64,000 nt of DNA from Holosporales bacterium (GCA_046338525.1 JBKDWF010000055.1:21276-85275); one strand, 5' to 3'; shown: positions 48,414-61,325, numbered from the stretch's first letter. Notes: generated from the sequence alone by a model not told the origin. A program made the numbers and translations.

Positions 48414-48437
48414 AACTTGGACTTTCTCTTTTTTTTA

Positions 48438-48923
48438 TCAAGCAACTTCTTTCTGTTCATTCACCGGAGCCAGCAGTGTCACACTACCACCTGCTTTTTC
48501 CACGGCTGCAATCGCGCTCTTGGAAGCAGCGGTCACGCTCAGCGTTATTTTGGATTTCAGGGCACCATTTCCCAATAATTTTACCCCATCCCTACGCTTA
48601 CCAAGTACCCGAGCCGCCAACAAAACCTCTTCATCAATAGGCTTTTGAGAATCTAGTACCCCGGCATCAATAGCTTGCTGCAACCGATCCACATTCACAA
48701 CCGAAAACTCGACAGCAAAAAAGTTATTAAAGCCGCGCTTGGGTAACCGACGGTACAGAGGCATCTGCCCGCCTTCAAAACCTTTTAAGGCCACCCCAGA
48801 ACGAGCTGTCTGGCCTTTACCGCCACGACCGCAGGTTTTACCTTTGCCGGAGCCAATACCACGCCCTACCCGCTTAAAGTTGGGACGCGCACCATGATTA
48901 TCAGTAATTTCATTGAGTTGCAT
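48438..48923 (-). CDS. rplO: 50S ribosomal protein L15
   Basis: [19 protein letters not shown] motif; operon position. Confidence 0.9.
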   Translation of the reverse strand: MQLNEITDNHGARPNFKRVGRGIGSGKGKTCGRGGKGQTARSGVALKGFEGGQMPLYRRLPKRGFNNFFAVEFSVVNVDRLQQAIDAGVLDSQKPIDEEVLLAARVLGKRRDGVKLLGNGALKSKITLSVTAASKSAIAAVEKAGGSVTLLAPVNEQKEVA

Positions 48924-48955
48924 TTTATGCCCCCTAAATAGGCGAAGTTGTACGC

Positions 48956-49165
48956 TTAAGCCGCAGCGTCGTCAAGAACGGTCACTAAGTGATGAACCTT
49001 AGCTATCATGCCCCGCACCTGCGGTGAATCAATTAATGTCTTCTGCTTTCCAATCCGACCAAGACCAAGGCCGCGCAAGGTAGCGCGCACCCGAGGCTCA
49101 GTACCAATAGCACTAGAAATTTGACGGACACTAACGTGACCTTGTGTTTTCTTACTCTTCGCCAT
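48956..49165 (-). CDS. rpmD: 50S ribosomal protein L30 (start placed at MAKSKK)
   Basis: L30 pattern ([12 protein letters not shown]...[10 protein letters not shown]); operon position. Confidence 0.85.
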   Translation of the reverse strand: MAKSKKTQGHVSVRQISSAIGTEPRVRATLRGLGLGRIGKQKTLIDSPQVRGMIAKVHHLVTVLDDAAA

Positions 49166-49673
49166 CCCCAGCCTCCTTATGCTCTTCATCGCGTTTTAAA
49201 CCTAAATCACTCACTTTGCGGGAACGCTTAGCGGCCACAAAGCGCGGCGAACGAATCGCAGCTAGTGCGTCCAATGTCGCTTTGATCATGTTATGGGGAT
49301 TAGAGCTGCCTACCGATTTAGCAACAACATCCTGAATCCCCAAAGCCTCAAAGACCGCCCGCATCGGGCCACCCGCAATGATACCAGTTCCCACCGGAGC
49401 CGGACGAAGGATAACCTTCCCGGCACCAAAACGGCCAGCAATATTGTGATGCAACGTCCTCCCCTCTCGCAAGGGAACCTTCAACATATGGCGCTTGGCC
49501 TGATCCGTGGCTTTACGAACAGCCTCGGGAACCTCCCGCGCTTTGCCCGAACCACAACCAACTTTACCCCGTCCATCGCCGACGATAACGATCGCCGCAA
49601 AGCCCATGCGTCTACCGCCTTTGACCACCTTGGTCACACGGTTGACAGCAACGAGTTTTTCTACCAATTCCAT
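49152..49673 (-). CDS. rpsE: 30S ribosomal protein S5
   Basis: S5 dsRBD and C-terminal domains ([39 protein letters not shown]). Confidence 0.9.
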   Translation of the reverse strand: MELVEKLVAVNRVTKVVKGGRRMGFAAIVIVGDGRGKVGCGSGKAREVPEAVRKATDQAKRHMLKVPLREGRTLHHNIAGRFGAGKVILRPAPVGTGIIAGGPMRAVFEALGIQDVVAKSVGSSNPHNMIKATLDALAAIRSPRFVAAKRSRKVSDLGLKRDEEHKEAGDGEE

Positions 49674-49691
49674 GACGCCTCTCTTATCGCG

Positions 49692-50060
49692 TTAAAATTC
49701 CAAGCCGCCTTCGCGGGCACCTTCAGCCACGGCTCTTACCCGTCCATGATACAAGTAATGCCCCCGATCAAAATACACGCCCGTTAATCCTTTGGCCGTT
49801 GCCTTTTTGCCCAACAATAACCCAACGTGTTTAGCGGCTTCCACAGTAGCACCAGTCTTAAGCTTGCCTTGCAACTCCTTATCTAGGGTGCTGGCCGCAG
49901 CCAAAGTCTTTCCGGCCACGTCATCAATAATCTGAGCATAGACATGCTTGCTACTCCGATGAACGGAGAGACGCAACGCTCCTGCAGATGCTTTACGGCG
50001 CAGATGAAACCGAGTGCGACGAAGCCGACGCTTTTTGACAATAGCTTGACGATCAGACAT
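49692..50060 (-). CDS. rplR: 50S ribosomal protein L18
   Basis: L18 pattern ([18 protein letters not shown]...[14 protein letters not shown]). Confidence 0.9.
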   Translation of the reverse strand: MSDRQAIVKKRRLRRTRFHLRRKASAGALRLSVHRSSKHVYAQIIDDVAGKTLAAASTLDKELQGKLKTGATVEAAKHVGLLLGKKATAKGLTGVYFDRGHYLYHGRVRAVAEGAREGGLEF

Positions 50061-50593
50061 TACTTCTTTTTCCCTTCCTTCAGGGTGATTTTCTGGCCTT
50101 CAAAACGAATACCCTTACCTTTATAAGGCTCTACCGGTTTCATACCACGAATAGTAGCAGCAACTTGACCAACCAGTTGCTTATCTGAGCCAGTAATAGA
50201 AATACTAGTAGGCTTATCGCACTTAATCGCAATACCCGTGGGAATAGGATAGCGCACTTCATGGCTAAACCCAAGCTGCAAAACCAACTCTTTCCCCTGT
50301 ACGGCAGCACGGAAACCAACCCCGGTAATTTCCAACGGCACCGTATAACCCTTGGAAAGACCTTGAACAATACCACGCAACAGGCTATGGTGCGTACCCC
50401 ACTGAGTACGAGCCAAGGTAGTCTTTTCTGTTGGAGCCAAGACAAGACTCTTACCGTCCACCTTGATAGTGACTAGGGGATGCACGGTATGCTCCACCTT
50501 GCCCAATTTACTATTGAAAGCCACAGTATTACCACTCACTTGAGCAGTAAGACCGTCAGGCAATGCAATGGGTTTAACGCCGAGTCGGGACAT
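50060..50593 (-). CDS. rplF: 50S ribosomal protein L6
   Basis: Two-domain L6 pattern ([12 protein letters not shown]). Confidence 0.9.
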   Translation of the reverse strand: MSRLGVKPIALPDGLTAQVSGNTVAFNSKLGKVEHTVHPLVTIKVDGKSLVLAPTEKTTLARTQWGTHHSLLRGIVQGLSKGYTVPLEITGVGFRAAVQGKELVLQLGFSHEVRYPIPTGIAIKCDKPTSISITGSDKQLVGQVAATIRGMKPVEPYKGKGIRFEGQKITLKEGKKK

Positions 50594-50602
50594 AAAAGCC
50601 TC

Positions 50603-51001
50603 TTAAAACACTTCACACAAAATTTCGCCGCCTACATTAGCCTGACGAGCCTCCGCATCCGACAAAACCCCTTTTGAGGTTGACAAAATGGAAATCCCTA
50701 GGCCACTGGCGATACGGGCGCAGTCACGAATTGGACTGTACACGCGACGACCGGGGGCAGAAACACGACGAATGGTGCTAATCACCGGAACACCATCATG
50801 GTACTTGAGTTGCACGCGCAATGAGCGAACCCCAGGGCGCAACTCTTTTTCTTCTACCGCACGGATATAACCTTCCCGCAACAGCACATCCAGTACTCGA
50901 GCCTTCATTTTCGATGCCGGCAGCGTCAATTCACTTTGGCGCACCATATGCGCGTTGCGAATGCGGGTGCACAAATCAGCAATCGGATCGTTAACAGCCA
51001 T
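50603..51001 (-). CDS. rpsH: 30S ribosomal protein S8
   Basis: MAVNDPIADLCTRIRNA N-terminus. Confidence 0.9.
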   Translation of the reverse strand: MAVNDPIADLCTRIRNAHMVRQSELTLPASKMKARVLDVLLREGYIRAVEEKELRPGVRSLRVQLKYHDGVPVISTIRRVSAPGRRVYSPIRDCARIASGLGISILSTSKGVLSDAEARQANVGGEILCEVF

Positions 51002-51008
51002 GAATCAC

Positions 51009-51314
51009 CTACCAGCTTGACTTGACGAGGCCAGGAATCAACCCTTGGGAACCAAATTCCCGCAGGGCAATTCGTGACAAATTAAATTTACGATAGTACC
51101 CCCGAGGACGACCGCTAAACGCACAACGATTACGCACCCGTATATGAGCACCATTTCGGGGCAATTCCGATAACTTACGCGTCGCCTCCATACGTTCTTC
51201 CAGAGACAATGCACGGTTATGCACCAGCGCACGAAGTGTTTCACGCTTCTTACGGGCACGATCCGCCATGACTCGGCGTTTATTGTTGCGCTCAACGGCA
51301 CTGGTCTTGGCCAT
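51009..51314 (-). CDS. rpsN: 30S ribosomal protein S14 (long form)
   Basis: 101 aa, S14 C-terminal motif (RNRCAFSGRPRGYYRKFNLSRI). Confidence 0.9.
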   Translation of the reverse strand: MAKTSAVERNNKRRVMADRARKKRETLRALVHNRALSLEERMEATRKLSELPRNGAHIRVRNRCAFSGRPRGYYRKFNLSRIALREFGSQGLIPGLVKSSW

Positions 51315-51326
51315 ACAGAAACCTTT

Positions 51327-51989
51327 TTAACTGTTAAAGGGCATACCGAACGCTTTAAGCAAAGCTTTTGCTTCAACATCGGTTTTAGCGGTAGTCACAA
51401 AAACAATATCCATACCACGAATAGCATCGATTTTGTCATAGTTAATTTCAGGGAAAATCAACTGCTCCTTGAGACCTATAGCATAGTTACCACGACCATC
51501 AAAGGATTTTCCCGACACGCCGCGAAAATCCCGCACCCGCGGAAGAGCAATAGTAATAAGGCGGTCTAAAAACTCATACATACGGGTATTGCGCAAGGTG
51601 ACTTTGCATCCCAGCACCATGTTTTCCCGCACTTTGAACGTCGCAATAGATTTTCGGGCACGTGTAGAAGTAGGCTTTTGACCGGTGATAAGCGCCAATT
51701 CTTCAGCAGCCATCTTCACCGTTTTATTATCGTTCACCGCTTCACCAACGCCCATGTTGACGACAATTTTCTCTAACTTGGGCACTTCGAAAATATTTTT
51801 ATAGCCAAATTCTTTCATCAACGCCGGACGAACAACTTTAGCGTACAATTCGGCAAAACGCGCCTGTGAATTCGCCGAAGCCACAGGAGAAGCCGCCGAA
51901 GCACTGGCATCAACTTTCTGTGCAACTGCTTTTTTAACAGCCGGCTTAGCGTCAGCTTTCACAGTTTTTTTCGGGGTTTCTTTGGTCAT
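51327..51989 (-). CDS. rplE: 50S ribosomal protein L5 with ~40-aa Lys/Ala/Pro-rich N-terminal extension
   Basis: Canonical L5 body from [21 protein letters not shown]...NMGVGEA; no alternative in-frame start downstream of the extension. Confidence 0.85.
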   Translation of the reverse strand: MTKETPKKTVKADAKPAVKKAVAQKVDASASAASPVASANSQARFAELYAKVVRPALMKEFGYKNIFEVPKLEKIVVNMGVGEAVNDNKTVKMAAEELALITGQKPTSTRARKSIATFKVRENMVLGCKVTLRNTRMYEFLDRLITIALPRVRDFRGVSGKSFDGRGNYAIGLKEQLIFPEINYDKIDAIRGMDIVFVTTAKTDVEAKALLKAFGMPFNS

Positions 51990-52000
51990 CTCAAACGCTC

Positions 52001-52315
52001 CTACACTGTTTTGCCAGATTTTTTAGCAAAACGAACTTTCTGCTCCCCTTCAACACGATAACCAACGCGAGTAGGTTTTCCTGTTTCCGGGTCAGCCAAC
52101 GCAACATTGGAAATATGCAAAGCAGCCTCTTTGGTTTCAATTGTACCTCCCTGTTCACGGGTGGCTTTCAAATGTTTCTTCACCAAATTCACACCGGACA
52201 CGATGACGCGCGACTCTTTCGGAAGCACCCGCAAAACTTTACCAGTCTTACCTTTATCCTTGCCGGCCAGAACCACCACGGTGTCATCACGACGAATTTT
52301 AACTTTAATAGCCAT
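52001..52315 (-). CDS. rplX: 50S ribosomal protein L24
   Basis: KOW motif ([21 protein letters not shown]). Confidence 0.9.
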   Translation of the reverse strand: MAIKVKIRRDDTVVVLAGKDKGKTGKVLRVLPKESRVIVSGVNLVKKHLKATREQGGTIETKEAALHISNVALADPETGKPTRVGYRVEGEQKVRFAKKSGKTV

Positions 52316-52318
52316 AAC

Positions 52319-52687
52319 CTACAAGACCTCCGGTGCCAGCGAGACAATTTTCATAAAATTCCGTGCCCGCAATTCCCGTGTGACCGGGCCAAAAATACGA
52401 GTACCAATCGGTTCACCCTGCTTATTGACCAACACTGCGGCATTACGATCAAAACGAATCACGGTACCATCCGCCCGATGAACCGGAGCCTTCGTACGAA
52501 CAATCAGGGCGCGGGCAACTTCACCTTTTTTCACTTTACCGCCGGGAATGGCATCTTTTATTGAAACAACAATAACTTCTCCCACCTCAGCCGTGCGCTT
52601 TTTAGAGCCGCCTAAGACTTTAATGCACAGCACAGACTTGGCACCGGAATTATCGGCGACATCCAATACGGATTCCATTTGAATCAT
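52319..52687 (-). CDS. rplN: 50S ribosomal protein L14
   Basis: [18 protein letters not shown]-terminus. Confidence 0.95.
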   Translation of the reverse strand: MIQMESVLDVADNSGAKSVLCIKVLGGSKKRTAEVGEVIVVSIKDAIPGGKVKKGEVARALIVRTKAPVHRADGTVIRFDRNAAVLVNKQGEPIGTRIFGPVTRELRARNFMKIVSLAPEVL

Positions 52688-52698
52688 AAAAGAACTCC

Positions 52699-52965
52699 CT
52701 AGGCCTGAACTGCTACGGAATCCGCAGCATTGGTCACAGTTTCAAGATAAGCCCAGCACTTGCGCTTAGAAATTGGGCGGTGTTCCACAATGCGAACGAC
52801 GGCACCTTTTTGGCAGACATTGTTCTCATCATGAGCAAGATATTTTTTACTGCGGTTTATGTATTTCTTGTAGATAGGGTGCATCACGCGACGCTCTACA
52901 AGCACGCTGACGGTTTTATGACCTGAAACACTTACAACAGTACCCTGTAAAATACGACGTGGCAT
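52699..52965 (-). CDS. rpsQ: 30S ribosomal protein S17
   Basis: S17 OB-fold pattern (GTVVS...[19 protein letters not shown]). Confidence 0.9.
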   Translation of the reverse strand: MPRRILQGTVVSVSGHKTVSVLVERRVMHPIYKKYINRSKKYLAHDENNVCQKGAVVRIVEHRPISKRKCWAYLETVTNAADSVAVQA

Positions 52966-52974
52966 AAAACTCTC

Positions 52975-53199
52975 CTATCCTTCCACAGTAATAGCGGCGG
53001 CCTGCTTCTCGCCTAGCACAGTTTGAATGCGGGCGATGTGACGGCGCACCCACCGTGGGCGAACCGTATCCTGCAACGGGGCATTAGCTTTACGAAAGCG
53101 CAAATTAAACTGCTCTTTTTTCAAGCCCAACAGCAAATCCCGAAGTTCATCAGGCGTTTTTTGCCGTAAATCGGCAGGCTTTGTATCACGTAACTTCAT
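52975..53199 (-). CDS. rpmC: 50S ribosomal protein L29
   Basis: 74 aa helical; L29 pattern (ELRDLLLGLKKEQFNLRFRKA). Confidence 0.85.
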   Translation of the reverse strand: MKLRDTKPADLRQKTPDELRDLLLGLKKEQFNLRFRKANAPLQDTVRPRWVRRHIARIQTVLGEKQAAAITVEG

Positions 53200-53209
53200 A
53201 GCTTAATTC

Positions 53210-53626
53210 CTACTCACTCGCCAAACGAATAACAAATTTTGTTTTTATCGGCAATTTAGCCGCAGCAAGTGCAAACGCTTCACGCGCCTGATCTTCCCCA
53301 ACACCATCCACTTCAAACAAAATTCGACCTGGATGAACCCGCGCTGCCCAATATTCTGGTGCACCTTTACCGCTCCCCATCCGTACTTCGGCGGGTTTTA
53401 ACGATACCGGCAGATCAGGAAAAATTCGAATCCAAACTTTCCCAGCGCGTTTTAAATACCGCGTCACAGCACGACGGGCGGCTTCAATTTGCCGAGCCGT
53501 GATCCGCTCAGGCTCTAGGGCTTTCAACCCAAATTGGCCGAAGTTGAGACGATCGCCACCACTCGTCAAACCATGGATACGACCCTTGTGGGCTTTACGA
53601 AATTTAGTACGTTTTGGCGATAACAT
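53210..53626 (-). CDS. rplP: 50S ribosomal protein L16
   Basis: [17 protein letters not shown]-terminus. Confidence 0.95.
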   Translation of the reverse strand: MLSPKRTKFRKAHKGRIHGLTSGGDRLNFGQFGLKALEPERITARQIEAARRAVTRYLKRAGKVWIRIFPDLPVSLKPAEVRMGSGKGAPEYWAARVHPGRILFEVDGVGEDQAREAFALAAAKLPIKTKFVIRLASE

Positions 53627-53639
53627 GGTTTAGACCTCA

Positions 53640-54302
53640 CTACTCAGCAAAACGAGCTTGGGGCGCGTTTTTGCTAAAAATTTCACCTTTGTACACCCAC
53701 ACCTTGATGCCGCAAACACCATAAGTAGTGTACGCACGAGCCTCGGCGTAATCAATATCTGCGCGCAAAGTATGAAGCGGAACCCGTCCTTCACGATACC
53801 ATTCCACCCGGGCAATTTCCGCACCACCCAACCGGCCAGCACAATTAATCCGAATCCCTTGAGCCCCCATACGCTGAGCCGACTGAACGGCACGCTTCAT
53901 CGCACGGCGGAAAGCAATACGGCGCTCTAACTGCTGGGCAATGTTCTCACCTATCAGTTTCGCGTCCAGCTCCGGCTTACGTACTTCGACAATGTTCAAA
54001 GCAACATCGATCCCACCGCACATTTTTGAGACTTCTTTACGCAAGGAATCAATATCCGCCCCCTTACGCCCAATAACCAACCCAGGACGAGCAGAGTGAA
54101 TAGTAATACGCGGTTTTTTGGCAAGACGTTCAATAACAATCTTGCTAATTCCGGCGCTAGCCAACTTTTCCTCAAGAAAACGACGGACTTTCATGTCTTC
54201 TGTCAACAAGTTGCCGTAGTCCTTACTACTCGCATACCAATTAGACAACCACGGCTTGTTGATTTTGAGCCGAAGACCGATAGGGTTAACTTTTTGACCC
54301 AT
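53640..54302 (-). CDS. rpsC: 30S ribosomal protein S3
   Basis: [13 protein letters not shown]-terminus, KH domain. Confidence 0.95.
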   Translation of the reverse strand: MGQKVNPIGLRLKINKPWLSNWYASSKDYGNLLTEDMKVRRFLEEKLASAGISKIVIERLAKKPRITIHSARPGLVIGRKGADIDSLRKEVSKMCGGIDVALNIVEVRKPELDAKLIGENIAQQLERRIAFRRAMKRAVQSAQRMGAQGIRINCAGRLGGAEIARVEWYREGRVPLHTLRADIDYAEARAYTTYGVCGIKVWVYKGEIFSKNAPQARFAE

Positions 54303-54305
54303 GAC

Positions 54306-54695
54306 TTATTCACCCTCTATTATTGCCGCCGTATCGCGTTCGCGAACGACGATGGTCACATTGCTGTAATGTTTTTGAACACTGGCAGAGCGGCCACGAC
54401 CCCGGGCATGAAACCGGCGCAAGCGCATCCCCTTGCCCACCAAGACGCGATCAACAATAAGCTCATCCACATCAAGGCCGTTGTTGTTTTCAGCGTTGGC
54501 GATGGCACTCATCAAAAGCTTGCGGACTGGGGCAGCATTACGTTTTTGATTAAACATCAAAATATCGAGTGCCAAGGCAGCAGAACGACCGCGAATCAGG
54601 CCTGCAACGAGATTCAACTTCTGCGGGCTGGTTTTCAAATTGCTCAGCGTTGCAGAACTGGTTTTTAGGTTAATTGACTCAGCCATAATAATCAC
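54306..54695 (-). CDS. rplV: 50S ribosomal protein L22
   Basis: L22 pattern ([21 protein letters not shown]...SAIANAENN). Confidence 0.9.
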   Translation of the reverse strand: MIIMAESINLKTSSATLSNLKTSPQKLNLVAGLIRGRSAALALDILMFNQKRNAAPVRKLLMSAIANAENNNGLDVDELIVDRVLVGKGMRLRRFHARGRGRSASVQKHYSNVTIVVRERDTAAIIEGE

Positions 54696-54970
54696 TTCTT
54701 CTTCGCGGTTTTATCACCACCATGCCCGGTAAAGGTGCGGGTGGGGGCGAATTCGCCAAATTTATGCCCGATCATATTTTCGTTGACCGAAACAGGAATA
54801 AACTTCTTACCGTTATAGACACCAAACGTCAGCCCCACAAACGGCGGAATAATGGTCGATCGACGCGACCAAGTTTTAATAATATCATGACGACCAGATG
54901 AACGAACTTTATCAGCTTTTTTCAGCAGATAAGCATCAACAAACGGACCTTTCCAAACAGAACGTGTCAT
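54692..54970 (-). CDS. rpsS: 30S ribosomal protein S19
   Basis: [13 protein letters not shown]-terminus; [13 protein letters not shown]. Confidence 0.95.
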   Translation of the reverse strand: MTRSVWKGPFVDAYLLKKADKVRSSGRHDIIKTWSRRSTIIPPFVGLTFGVYNGKKFIPVSVNENMIGHKFGEFAPTRTFTGHGGDKTAKKK

Positions 54971-54981
54971 AGTAACAACTC

Positions 54982-55806
54982 CTAGCGACGACGCCGGATG
55001 ATCTGGCCATCCGTACGCTTATTGTGACGAGTTTTTTTACCCTTCGTAGAAATACCCCAAGGGGTGACGGGATGACGCCCCCCGGAAGTTTTACCCTCAC
55101 CACCGCCGTGTGGGTGGTCAATAGGATTCATGGCCACGCCGCGAACAACAGGTCGCTTACCAAGCCAGCGGTTGCGCCCAGCTTTACCCAATACTTTGTT
55201 TTGGTTATCAGGGTTAGACACAGAACCAATACTCGCCAAGCATTCCGCCGATATAAGGCGTAATTCACCAGAACTCAGCTTTACCTGCGCGTAATGGCGA
55301 TCCCGCCCCACCAACTGGACAAAAGTCCCCGCAGAACGGGCAATCTGACCACCTTTACCGGGTTTTATTTCTACGTTATGAATTAAAGTCCCAACTGGAA
55401 TACTGCGAATCGGCATGCAGTTACCGGGCTTAATATCAGCGCGGTTATTGGTGGATATAATTTCATCGCCGACTGCCAACCGCTGAGGTGCCAAAATATA
55501 CGCCAGTTGACCATCCTGATAACGGATCAAGGCAATAAAAGCGGTGCGATTTGGATCGTACTCTAGACGCTCGACTTTTGCCGGGACATCAAAATTTTGG
55601 CGACGAAAATCCACCAAACGGTAACGGCGTTTATGCCCACCACCTATGTTCCAGTTCGTGGTGCGCCCTGTGTTGTTACGGCCACCGGTGCGGCGAATAC
55701 CAACAGTCAATGTTGATTCTGGTTTACCACGCCACAGATCACGGCGATCAACCGTTACTAATTGACGCTGCCCAGGGGTGGCCGCAGAATATTGACGCAA
55801 AGCCAT
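54982..55806 (-). CDS. rplB: 50S ribosomal protein L2
   Basis: L2 motifs ([34 protein letters not shown]). Confidence 0.95.
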   Translation of the reverse strand: MALRQYSAATPGQRQLVTVDRRDLWRGKPESTLTVGIRRTGGRNNTGRTTNWNIGGGHKRRYRLVDFRRQNFDVPAKVERLEYDPNRTAFIALIRYQDGQLAYILAPQRLAVGDEIISTNNRADIKPGNCMPIRSIPVGTLIHNVEIKPGKGGQIARSAGTFVQLVGRDRHYAQVKLSSGELRLISAECLASIGSVSNPDNQNKVLGKAGRNRWLGKRPVVRGVAMNPIDHPHGGGEGKTSGGRHPVTPWGISTKGKKTRHNKRTDGQIIRRRR

Positions 55807-55808
55807 AA

Positions 55809-56141
55809 TTATACTCCTGCCGTAGTGTCAAGCGTTTGGCCTTCAGCCAACGTGACAACAGCTTTTTTAACATCAGAACGCTGTCCAATCCGCTGGCGAA
55901 AACGCTTTTGCTTGCCGGGCAAGATAGACGTGTTTACAGCAGTAACTTTCACTCCAAAAATACCCTCAACTGCCTGTTTAATAGCGGGCTTCGTTGCGTC
56001 GAGACGCACCTTAAAAGTATACTGGTTATATTGCAACGCATTGGTCGATTTCTCTGTAGTCACAGGGGACAAAAGAATATCGTATTGGCTATAAGCGTTT
56101 ACCTGACGCTTAAGACACCGTTCACGGTATTTAAAACTCAT
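55809..56141 (-). CDS. rplW: 50S ribosomal protein L23
   Basis: L23 pattern ([13 protein letters not shown]...[12 protein letters not shown]); ATGA overlap with rplD. Confidence 0.85.
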   Translation of the reverse strand: MSFKYRERCLKRQVNAYSQYDILLSPVTTEKSTNALQYNQYTFKVRLDATKPAIKQAVEGIFGVKVTAVNTSILPGKQKRFRQRIGQRSDVKKAVVTLAEGQTLDTTAGV

Positions 56142-56758
56142 GATGCAAGTCTTTCGTTAAGAGCCGCCGCTGCCTCTTTAGTTAAGACCAGCTTTTTGCG
56201 ACGCAGGATGCTATACACATTCGCCCCGGCTGCTGCAAGAATATCTACGTTAGGAATATTAGCGACAGCCCGAAGAAACGGATGATCAATATCTCGATTA
56301 ACAATAAGAGCATGACTCAACTGCAATTTCTGCAACACAGCCGCTGCATCTTTAGTCTTAGAGACATCAGGAAGGGAATCAAGGATCACCAAAGTACCAT
56401 CCTTCAACTTACTCGACAATGCCATGCAAAGACCCAAGCGACGGATTTTTTTATTCAAGGAATAACCGTGATCCCGAACAACAGGCCCGAAAATCCTAGC
56501 TCCACCACGAAATTGCGGAGAACGCAAACTTCCGTGCCGAGCACCACCACGACCTTTCTGCTTAAAAGGCTTTTTAGTGGTGCCGCTAATATCACTAATA
56601 CCTTTGGTTTTATGAGTGCCAGCGCGACGTTTATCTCGCTGCCACTGAACCACTCGGGCAAGAATATCCGTGCGAATTTCCTCACGACCAAACACCGCCG
56701 CGTCAACATCAAGAGCGCCGACAACACTGCCTTCAGGGTTTTGTACATTAAGCTGCAT
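56138..56758 (-). CDS. rplD: 50S ribosomal protein L4
   Basis: L4 pattern ([26 protein letters not shown]). Confidence 0.9.
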   Translation of the reverse strand: MQLNVQNPEGSVVGALDVDAAVFGREEIRTDILARVVQWQRDKRRAGTHKTKGISDISGTTKKPFKQKGRGGARHGSLRSPQFRGGARIFGPVVRDHGYSLNKKIRRLGLCMALSSKLKDGTLVILDSLPDVSKTKDAAAVLQKLQLSHALIVNRDIDHPFLRAVANIPNVDILAAAGANVYSILRRKKLVLTKEAAAALNERLAS

Positions 56759-57473
56759 CAGTACCTCCCGCAGGCGTATCTGTCTGAACGGCCTTCGCTA
56801 ATTTAAAAGAGCCAGGCGCAGGAAGCTGCACAGGCTGCTTCTTCTTTACTGCATCCTTAACATACACGATAGTATTTTCCCCACCAGGGACACATCCCTT
56901 AACAAACAACAAACCGCGATCCACATCCACAGCAACAACCTTCAGGTTTTGCGTGGTTACCTGAACTTGCCCCATATGACCGGCCATTTTTTTATTCTTG
57001 AAGGTTTTTCCAGGATCTTGACGACCGCCAGTAGAACCATGACTGCGATGACTAATTGATACGCCATGACTTGCCCGTAAACCGCCAAAATTATGCCGTT
57101 TCATTGCCCCCGCAAAACCGCGGCCAATAGTCACGCCTGCTACATCCACAAACTGACCCGGAATAAAATGATCAGCCTGAAGCAATGCGCCCTGTTCTGG
57201 GGCATTAGCCGCCGTCACTAAGCATTCCTGCAAATGACGCCTTGGCTCAACACCCTGCTTGGCAAAATAACCACGCAAGGGCTTAGAAAGCCGGGATGCC
57301 TTCACCGCACCGAATCCAATCTGAACAGCCACAGCACCATTTTGCACTGTCGGGGCAGTACGCACCACCTGACAACCCTCCAACGTCAACACCGTTACGG
57401 GCAGTCGAGTACCATCATCGAGGAACCGCTGTGTCATACCTAATTTCCGAGCTAATACGCCAACACGCATCAT
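56748..57473 (-). CDS. rplC: 50S ribosomal protein L3
   Basis: L3 pattern ([26 protein letters not shown]). Confidence 0.9.
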   Translation of the reverse strand: MMRVGVLARKLGMTQRFLDDGTRLPVTVLTLEGCQVVRTAPTVQNGAVAVQIGFGAVKASRLSKPLRGYFAKQGVEPRRHLQECLVTAANAPEQGALLQADHFIPGQFVDVAGVTIGRGFAGAMKRHNFGGLRASHGVSISHRSHGSTGGRQDPGKTFKNKKMAGHMGQVQVTTQNLKVVAVDVDRGLLFVKGCVPGGENTIVYVKDAVKKKQPVQLPAPGSFKLAKAVQTDTPAGGTDAA

Positions 57474-57790
57474 GCAGCTCCTGACAATTTAATTTCTACG
57501 TCCACCCCCGATGCCAATTCCAATCGCATAAGGGCATCAACGGTTTGAGGGGTAGGATCAACAATCTCAATCAGCCGCTTGTGGGTACGAATTTCAAACT
57601 GCTCCCGCGACTTTTTGTCGATATGCGGAGAGCGATTCACAGTAAAACGCTCCGTTTTCACCGGCATGGGTACAGGGCCACGCAAACGAGCGCCCGTGCG
57701 CGCAGCGGTTGATACGATCTCCTTGGCCGATTGATCAAGGACACGATGATCATACGCCCGTAAGCGTATGCGAATGTTGTGGCTTTCCAT
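57470..57790 (-). CDS. rpsJ: 30S ribosomal protein S10 (start placed at [10 protein letters not shown])
   Basis: [21 protein letters not shown]...[13 protein letters not shown] pattern. Confidence 0.9.
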   Translation of the reverse strand: MESHNIRIRLRAYDHRVLDQSAKEIVSTAARTGARLRGPVPMPVKTERFTVNRSPHIDKKSREQFEIRTHKRLIEIVDPTPQTVDALMRLELASGVDVEIKLSGAA

Positions 57791-58001
57791 AACACGCAAA
57801 AAAAACTGCGAACCAAGCCAAGGACACCGACACAAGGTATCCTTTGGAAAGATTCTAAACGCCAGGTGCCGACTTCTGTCGTGTCACCAAGGCCGGAAAA
57901 TCGTACTTCTCAAACGAAGGGAAAGCAGTATTAGCAGACTAACTTACTTACCTCAACTCTTTTTTTTAATCTTACGTTTATTTTCTCGCTGCCGAAAAAT
58001 T

Positions 58002-58028
58002 GAGTGGCGCTCTCGAAAAGCGCCACTC
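58002..58028 (-). terminator. Rho-independent terminator after tuf (GAGTGGCGC-ttttcgaga-GCGCCACTC then AATTTTT on the minus strand)
   Basis: 9-bp GC-rich inverted repeat 12 nt after the tuf stop, followed by a T-run. Confidence 0.7.
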
Positions 58029-58039
58029 TTAACTGCATT

Positions 58040-59230
58040 TTACTTCACAATTGTCGCAACAACTCCAGCACCTACGGTACGACCACCCTCACGAATAGCA
58101 AACCGCAAACCTTCATCCATTGCGATAGGAGCAATCAATTCCACGACAAGCGGGACATTATCCCCCGGCATCACCATTTCACGACCCTCTGGCAATTCTA
58201 CCGAACCCGTTACGTCCGTTGTGCGAAAATAAAACTGTGGGCGATAGTTGCTAAAGAACGGCGTATGACGACCACCTTCTTCCTTGGTAAGAATATACGC
58301 TTCGCATTTGAACTTGGTGTGCGGTGTAATGCTGCCCGGTGCGGCCAACACCTGACCACGCTCAACATCTTCACGCTTAGTACCGCGCAACAATGCACCA
58401 ATATTATCACCAGCTTCCCCTTGATCAAGAAGCTTACGGAACATCTCCACGCCAGTGACAATAGTTTTCTGTGTCGGGCGAATCCCAACAATTTCAACTT
58501 CTTCACCGACTTTAATAATGCCGCGTTCAACCCGTCCGGTAACAACCGTGCCACGACCAGAAATGGAGAAGACATCTTCAACAGGCATCAAGAAAGGCTT
58601 GTCTTTTTCACGCTTTGGCTGGGGAATGTAATCGTCCACCGCTTTCATCAACTCAAGAATGGCTTTTTCACCAATTTCTTCATTACGACCTTCCAAAGCG
58701 CACAAAGCAGAACCCTTAACGATGGGAATTTTATCGCCTGGAAATTTGTATTGCGTCAACAGATCACGAATTTCCATTTCCACAAGATCAATAAGGTCTT
58801 TATCATCAACCATATCCACCTTGTTCATAAAGACAACAATGGAGGGGACACCGACTTGGCGAGCAAGCAAAATATGTTCCCGAGTTTGAGGCATGGGGCC
58901 ATCGGCAGCGGAAACCACCAAAATAGCACCGTCCATCTGAGCCGCACCCGTAATCATGTTTTTCACATAATCGGCGTGGCCAGGGCAATCGACGTGGGCA
59001 TAGTGACGGTTTGACGTCTGGTATTCTACGTGGCTAGTAGAAATAGTAATGCCGCGAGCCTTCTCCTCCGGAGCTTTATCAATTTGGTCATAAGCCATAG
59101 CGGTAGCACCGCCAGCTTTTGCCAGAACTTTTGTAATTGCCGCTGTCAAGCTGGTCTTACCATGGTCAACGTGACCAATGGTACCAATGTTACAATGCGG
59201 TTTGTCGCGGTTAAATTTCTCTTTGGCCAC
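58040..59230 (-). CDS. tuf: Elongation factor Tu (GTG start preceded by GGAG)
   Basis: [27 protein letters not shown]-terminus; full-length 396-aa EF-Tu; ORF-track N-terminal extension rejected. Confidence 0.95.
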   Translation of the reverse strand: MAKEKFNRDKPHCNIGTIGHVDHGKTSLTAAITKVLAKAGGATAMAYDQIDKAPEEKARGITISTSHVEYQTSNRHYAHVDCPGHADYVKNMITGAAQMDGAILVVSAADGPMPQTREHILLARQVGVPSIVVFMNKVDMVDDKDLIDLVEMEIRDLLTQYKFPGDKIPIVKGSALCALEGRNEEIGEKAILELMKAVDDYIPQPKREKDKPFLMPVEDVFSISGRGTVVTGRVERGIIKVGEEVEIVGIRPTQKTIVTGVEMFRKLLDQGEAGDNIGALLRGTKREDVERGQVLAAPGSITPHTKFKCEAYILTKEEGGRHTPFFSNYRPQFYFRTTDVTGSVELPEGREMVMPGDNVPLVVELIAPIAMDEGLRFAIREGGRTVGAGVVATIVK

Positions 59231-59249
59231 AGTAAAACTCCCTAGTTGC

Positions 59250-61325
59250 TTAAGCTGATTTTGCCAGTAGTTGTTCGGCGACGTTATTCGGCACCGGATC
59301 GTAATGGTCAAAGACCATTGTGTATTGCGCCCGCCCCTGGCTCATCGAGCGCAGCGTATTAACATACCCAAACATGTTTGACAAGGGCACCATTGCAGTA
59401 ATAACCCGGGCGTTGCCCCGGCTATCCATGCCCATGACCTGTCCACGGCGACTGTTTAAATCGCCAATGACATCACCCATGTAATCTTCAGGCGTTACCA
59501 CTTCTACTTTCATGACTGGTTCCAACAGAATAGCACCAGCCTTACGAACACCCTCCCGGAACGCAGCCCGCCCAGCAATTTCAAAAGCTAGGGTCGATGA
59601 ATCCACATCATGAAACGCCCCGTCGATAAGTTGAATTTTAAAATCCACTACCGGGAAGCCAGCAAGAACACCGCTAACGATACTGGCGTTAATACCTTTT
59701 TCTACACCAGGAATGTACTCTTTTGGAATAGCGCCGCCGACAATTTTATTCTCAAAGGCATAGCCACCCCCACGCGGTTGCGGCTCAAACACCATTTTAA
59801 CCCGCGCAAACTGACCAGCACCACCGGATTGTTTTTTGTGAGTATAATCAACTTCAGCAGTTTTGGTAATCGTTTCGCGGTATGCGACTTGCGGCGCGCC
59901 GACATTGGCTTCAACCTTAAACTCGCGACGCATTCTATCGACAATGATTTCTAGGTGCAGTTCACCCATTCCTTTAATAACGGTCTGCCCGGTCTCATGG
60001 TTGACCGCCACGCGAAAGGAAGGATCTTCTGTAGCCAAGCGCGCCAATGCGGCCGACATTTTTTCCTGATCGCCTTTAGTTTTTGGCTCTACTGCAACCT
60101 CAATAACCGGCTCGGGAAATTCCATGCGCTCAAGAATAATTGGCGACTTGGTATCAGCCAAAGTATCACCCGTAGTGGTATTTTTCAGACCGGCCAAAGC
60201 GACAATATCCCCAGCAAAGGCCTCCTTTATGTCTTCGCGGTTGTTAGCGTGCATCATGAGGATACGCCCAATACGCTCCCGCTCACCCTTTACGGTGTTT
60301 TGAGCATAACTACCAGCCTCTAGCTTGCCCGAATAAATCCGAATAAACGTGAGCGAGCCAACAAAAGGATCGGACATAATTTTAAACGCCAACGCGCTAA
60401 AAGGAGCATCGTCTTTGCAAGGACGGCTGTCCGGTTCCTCTGAATCAATTTTGTGCCCCTTGACGATACCAATATCAATAGGCGACGGCAAATAAGCCAC
60501 TACGGCATCGAGCATTGGCTGCACGCCCTTGTTCTTAAAAGCACTCCCGCACAATACGGGCACGAAAGCACTTTTCAACACACCTTTGCGAATACACTTT
60601 TGCAAGGTAGCAACATCAGGCTCCTTACCGTCGAGATAATCTTGCATCGCGGTATCGTCCATTTCCACGGCCATATCCACGAGTTGGGCATGATACTCAT
60701 CCGCTTTAGCTTTTAGATTTGAAGGAATATCCTCCTCAACAAATTTCGCGCCAAGAGTTTCTTCCAGCCAGCGATAGGCCTTCATCTTAACCAAATCGAC
60801 AACACCGACAAAATCTGCCTCAACCCCAATAGGAAGCTGCAACACCATAGGGCGAGCACCAAGACGATCCTTTATCATTTCCACGCAACGCCAGAAATCC
60901 GCGCCAATGCGATCCATTTTGTTCACAAAACAGATACGAGGCACATTGTACTTGTCAGCCTGCCGCCAGACGGTTTCTGACTGCGGCTCAACCCCGGCAA
61001 CACTGTCAAAAACGGTGACAGCGCCATCGAGAACACGAAGCGAACGCTCCACCTCAATAGTAAAATCAACGTGACCAGGTGTATCAATAATATTAATTCG
61101 ATGATCATTCCACAAACAGGTCGTGGCCGCCGAAGTGATAGTAATCCCACGCTCCTGCTCCTGCTCCATCCAATCCATCGTCGCCGTGCCTTCGTGCACT
61201 TCGCCAATTTTGTAGGACTTGCCAGTATAGTACAGAATACGCTCCGTAGTCGTGGTTTTCCCGGCATCAATATGTGCCATAATACCAATATTGCGGTAGC
61301 GTTCGAGAGGATGTGAGCGAGCCAT
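59250..61325 (-). CDS. fusA: Elongation factor G
   Basis: [20 protein letters not shown]1 motif; 691 aa with domains II-V. Confidence 0.95.
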   Translation of the reverse strand: MARSHPLERYRNIGIMAHIDAGKTTTTERILYYTGKSYKIGEVHEGTATMDWMEQEQERGITITSAATTCLWNDHRINIIDTPGHVDFTIEVERSLRVLDGAVTVFDSVAGVEPQSETVWRQADKYNVPRICFVNKMDRIGADFWRCVEMIKDRLGARPMVLQLPIGVEADFVGVVDLVKMKAYRWLEETLGAKFVEEDIPSNLKAKADEYHAQLVDMAVEMDDTAMQDYLDGKEPDVATLQKCIRKGVLKSAFVPVLCGSAFKNKGVQPMLDAVVAYLPSPIDIGIVKGHKIDSEEPDSRPCKDDAPFSALAFKIMSDPFVGSLTFIRIYSGKLEAGSYAQNTVKGERERIGRILMMHANNREDIKEAFAGDIVALAGLKNTTTGDTLADTKSPIILERMEFPEPVIEVAVEPKTKGDQEKMSAALARLATEDPSFRVAVNHETGQTVIKGMGELHLEIIVDRMRREFKVEANVGAPQVAYRETITKTAEVDYTHKKQSGGAGQFARVKMVFEPQPRGGGYAFENKIVGGAIPKEYIPGVEKGINASIVSGVLAGFPVVDFKIQLIDGAFHDVDSSTLAFEIAGRAAFREGVRKAGAILLEPVMKVEVVTPEDYMGDVIGDLNSRRGQVMGMDSRGNARVITAMVPLSNMFGYVNTLRSMSQGRAQYTMVFDHYDPVPNNVAEQLLAKSA

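Noticed and set aside
59231-59311. ORF-track N-terminal extension of EF-Tu ([27 protein letters not shown])
   Set aside because: The conserved EF-Tu N-terminus (V)AKEKFNR starts at a GTG preceded by GGAG. The extension is not conserved in EF-Tu.
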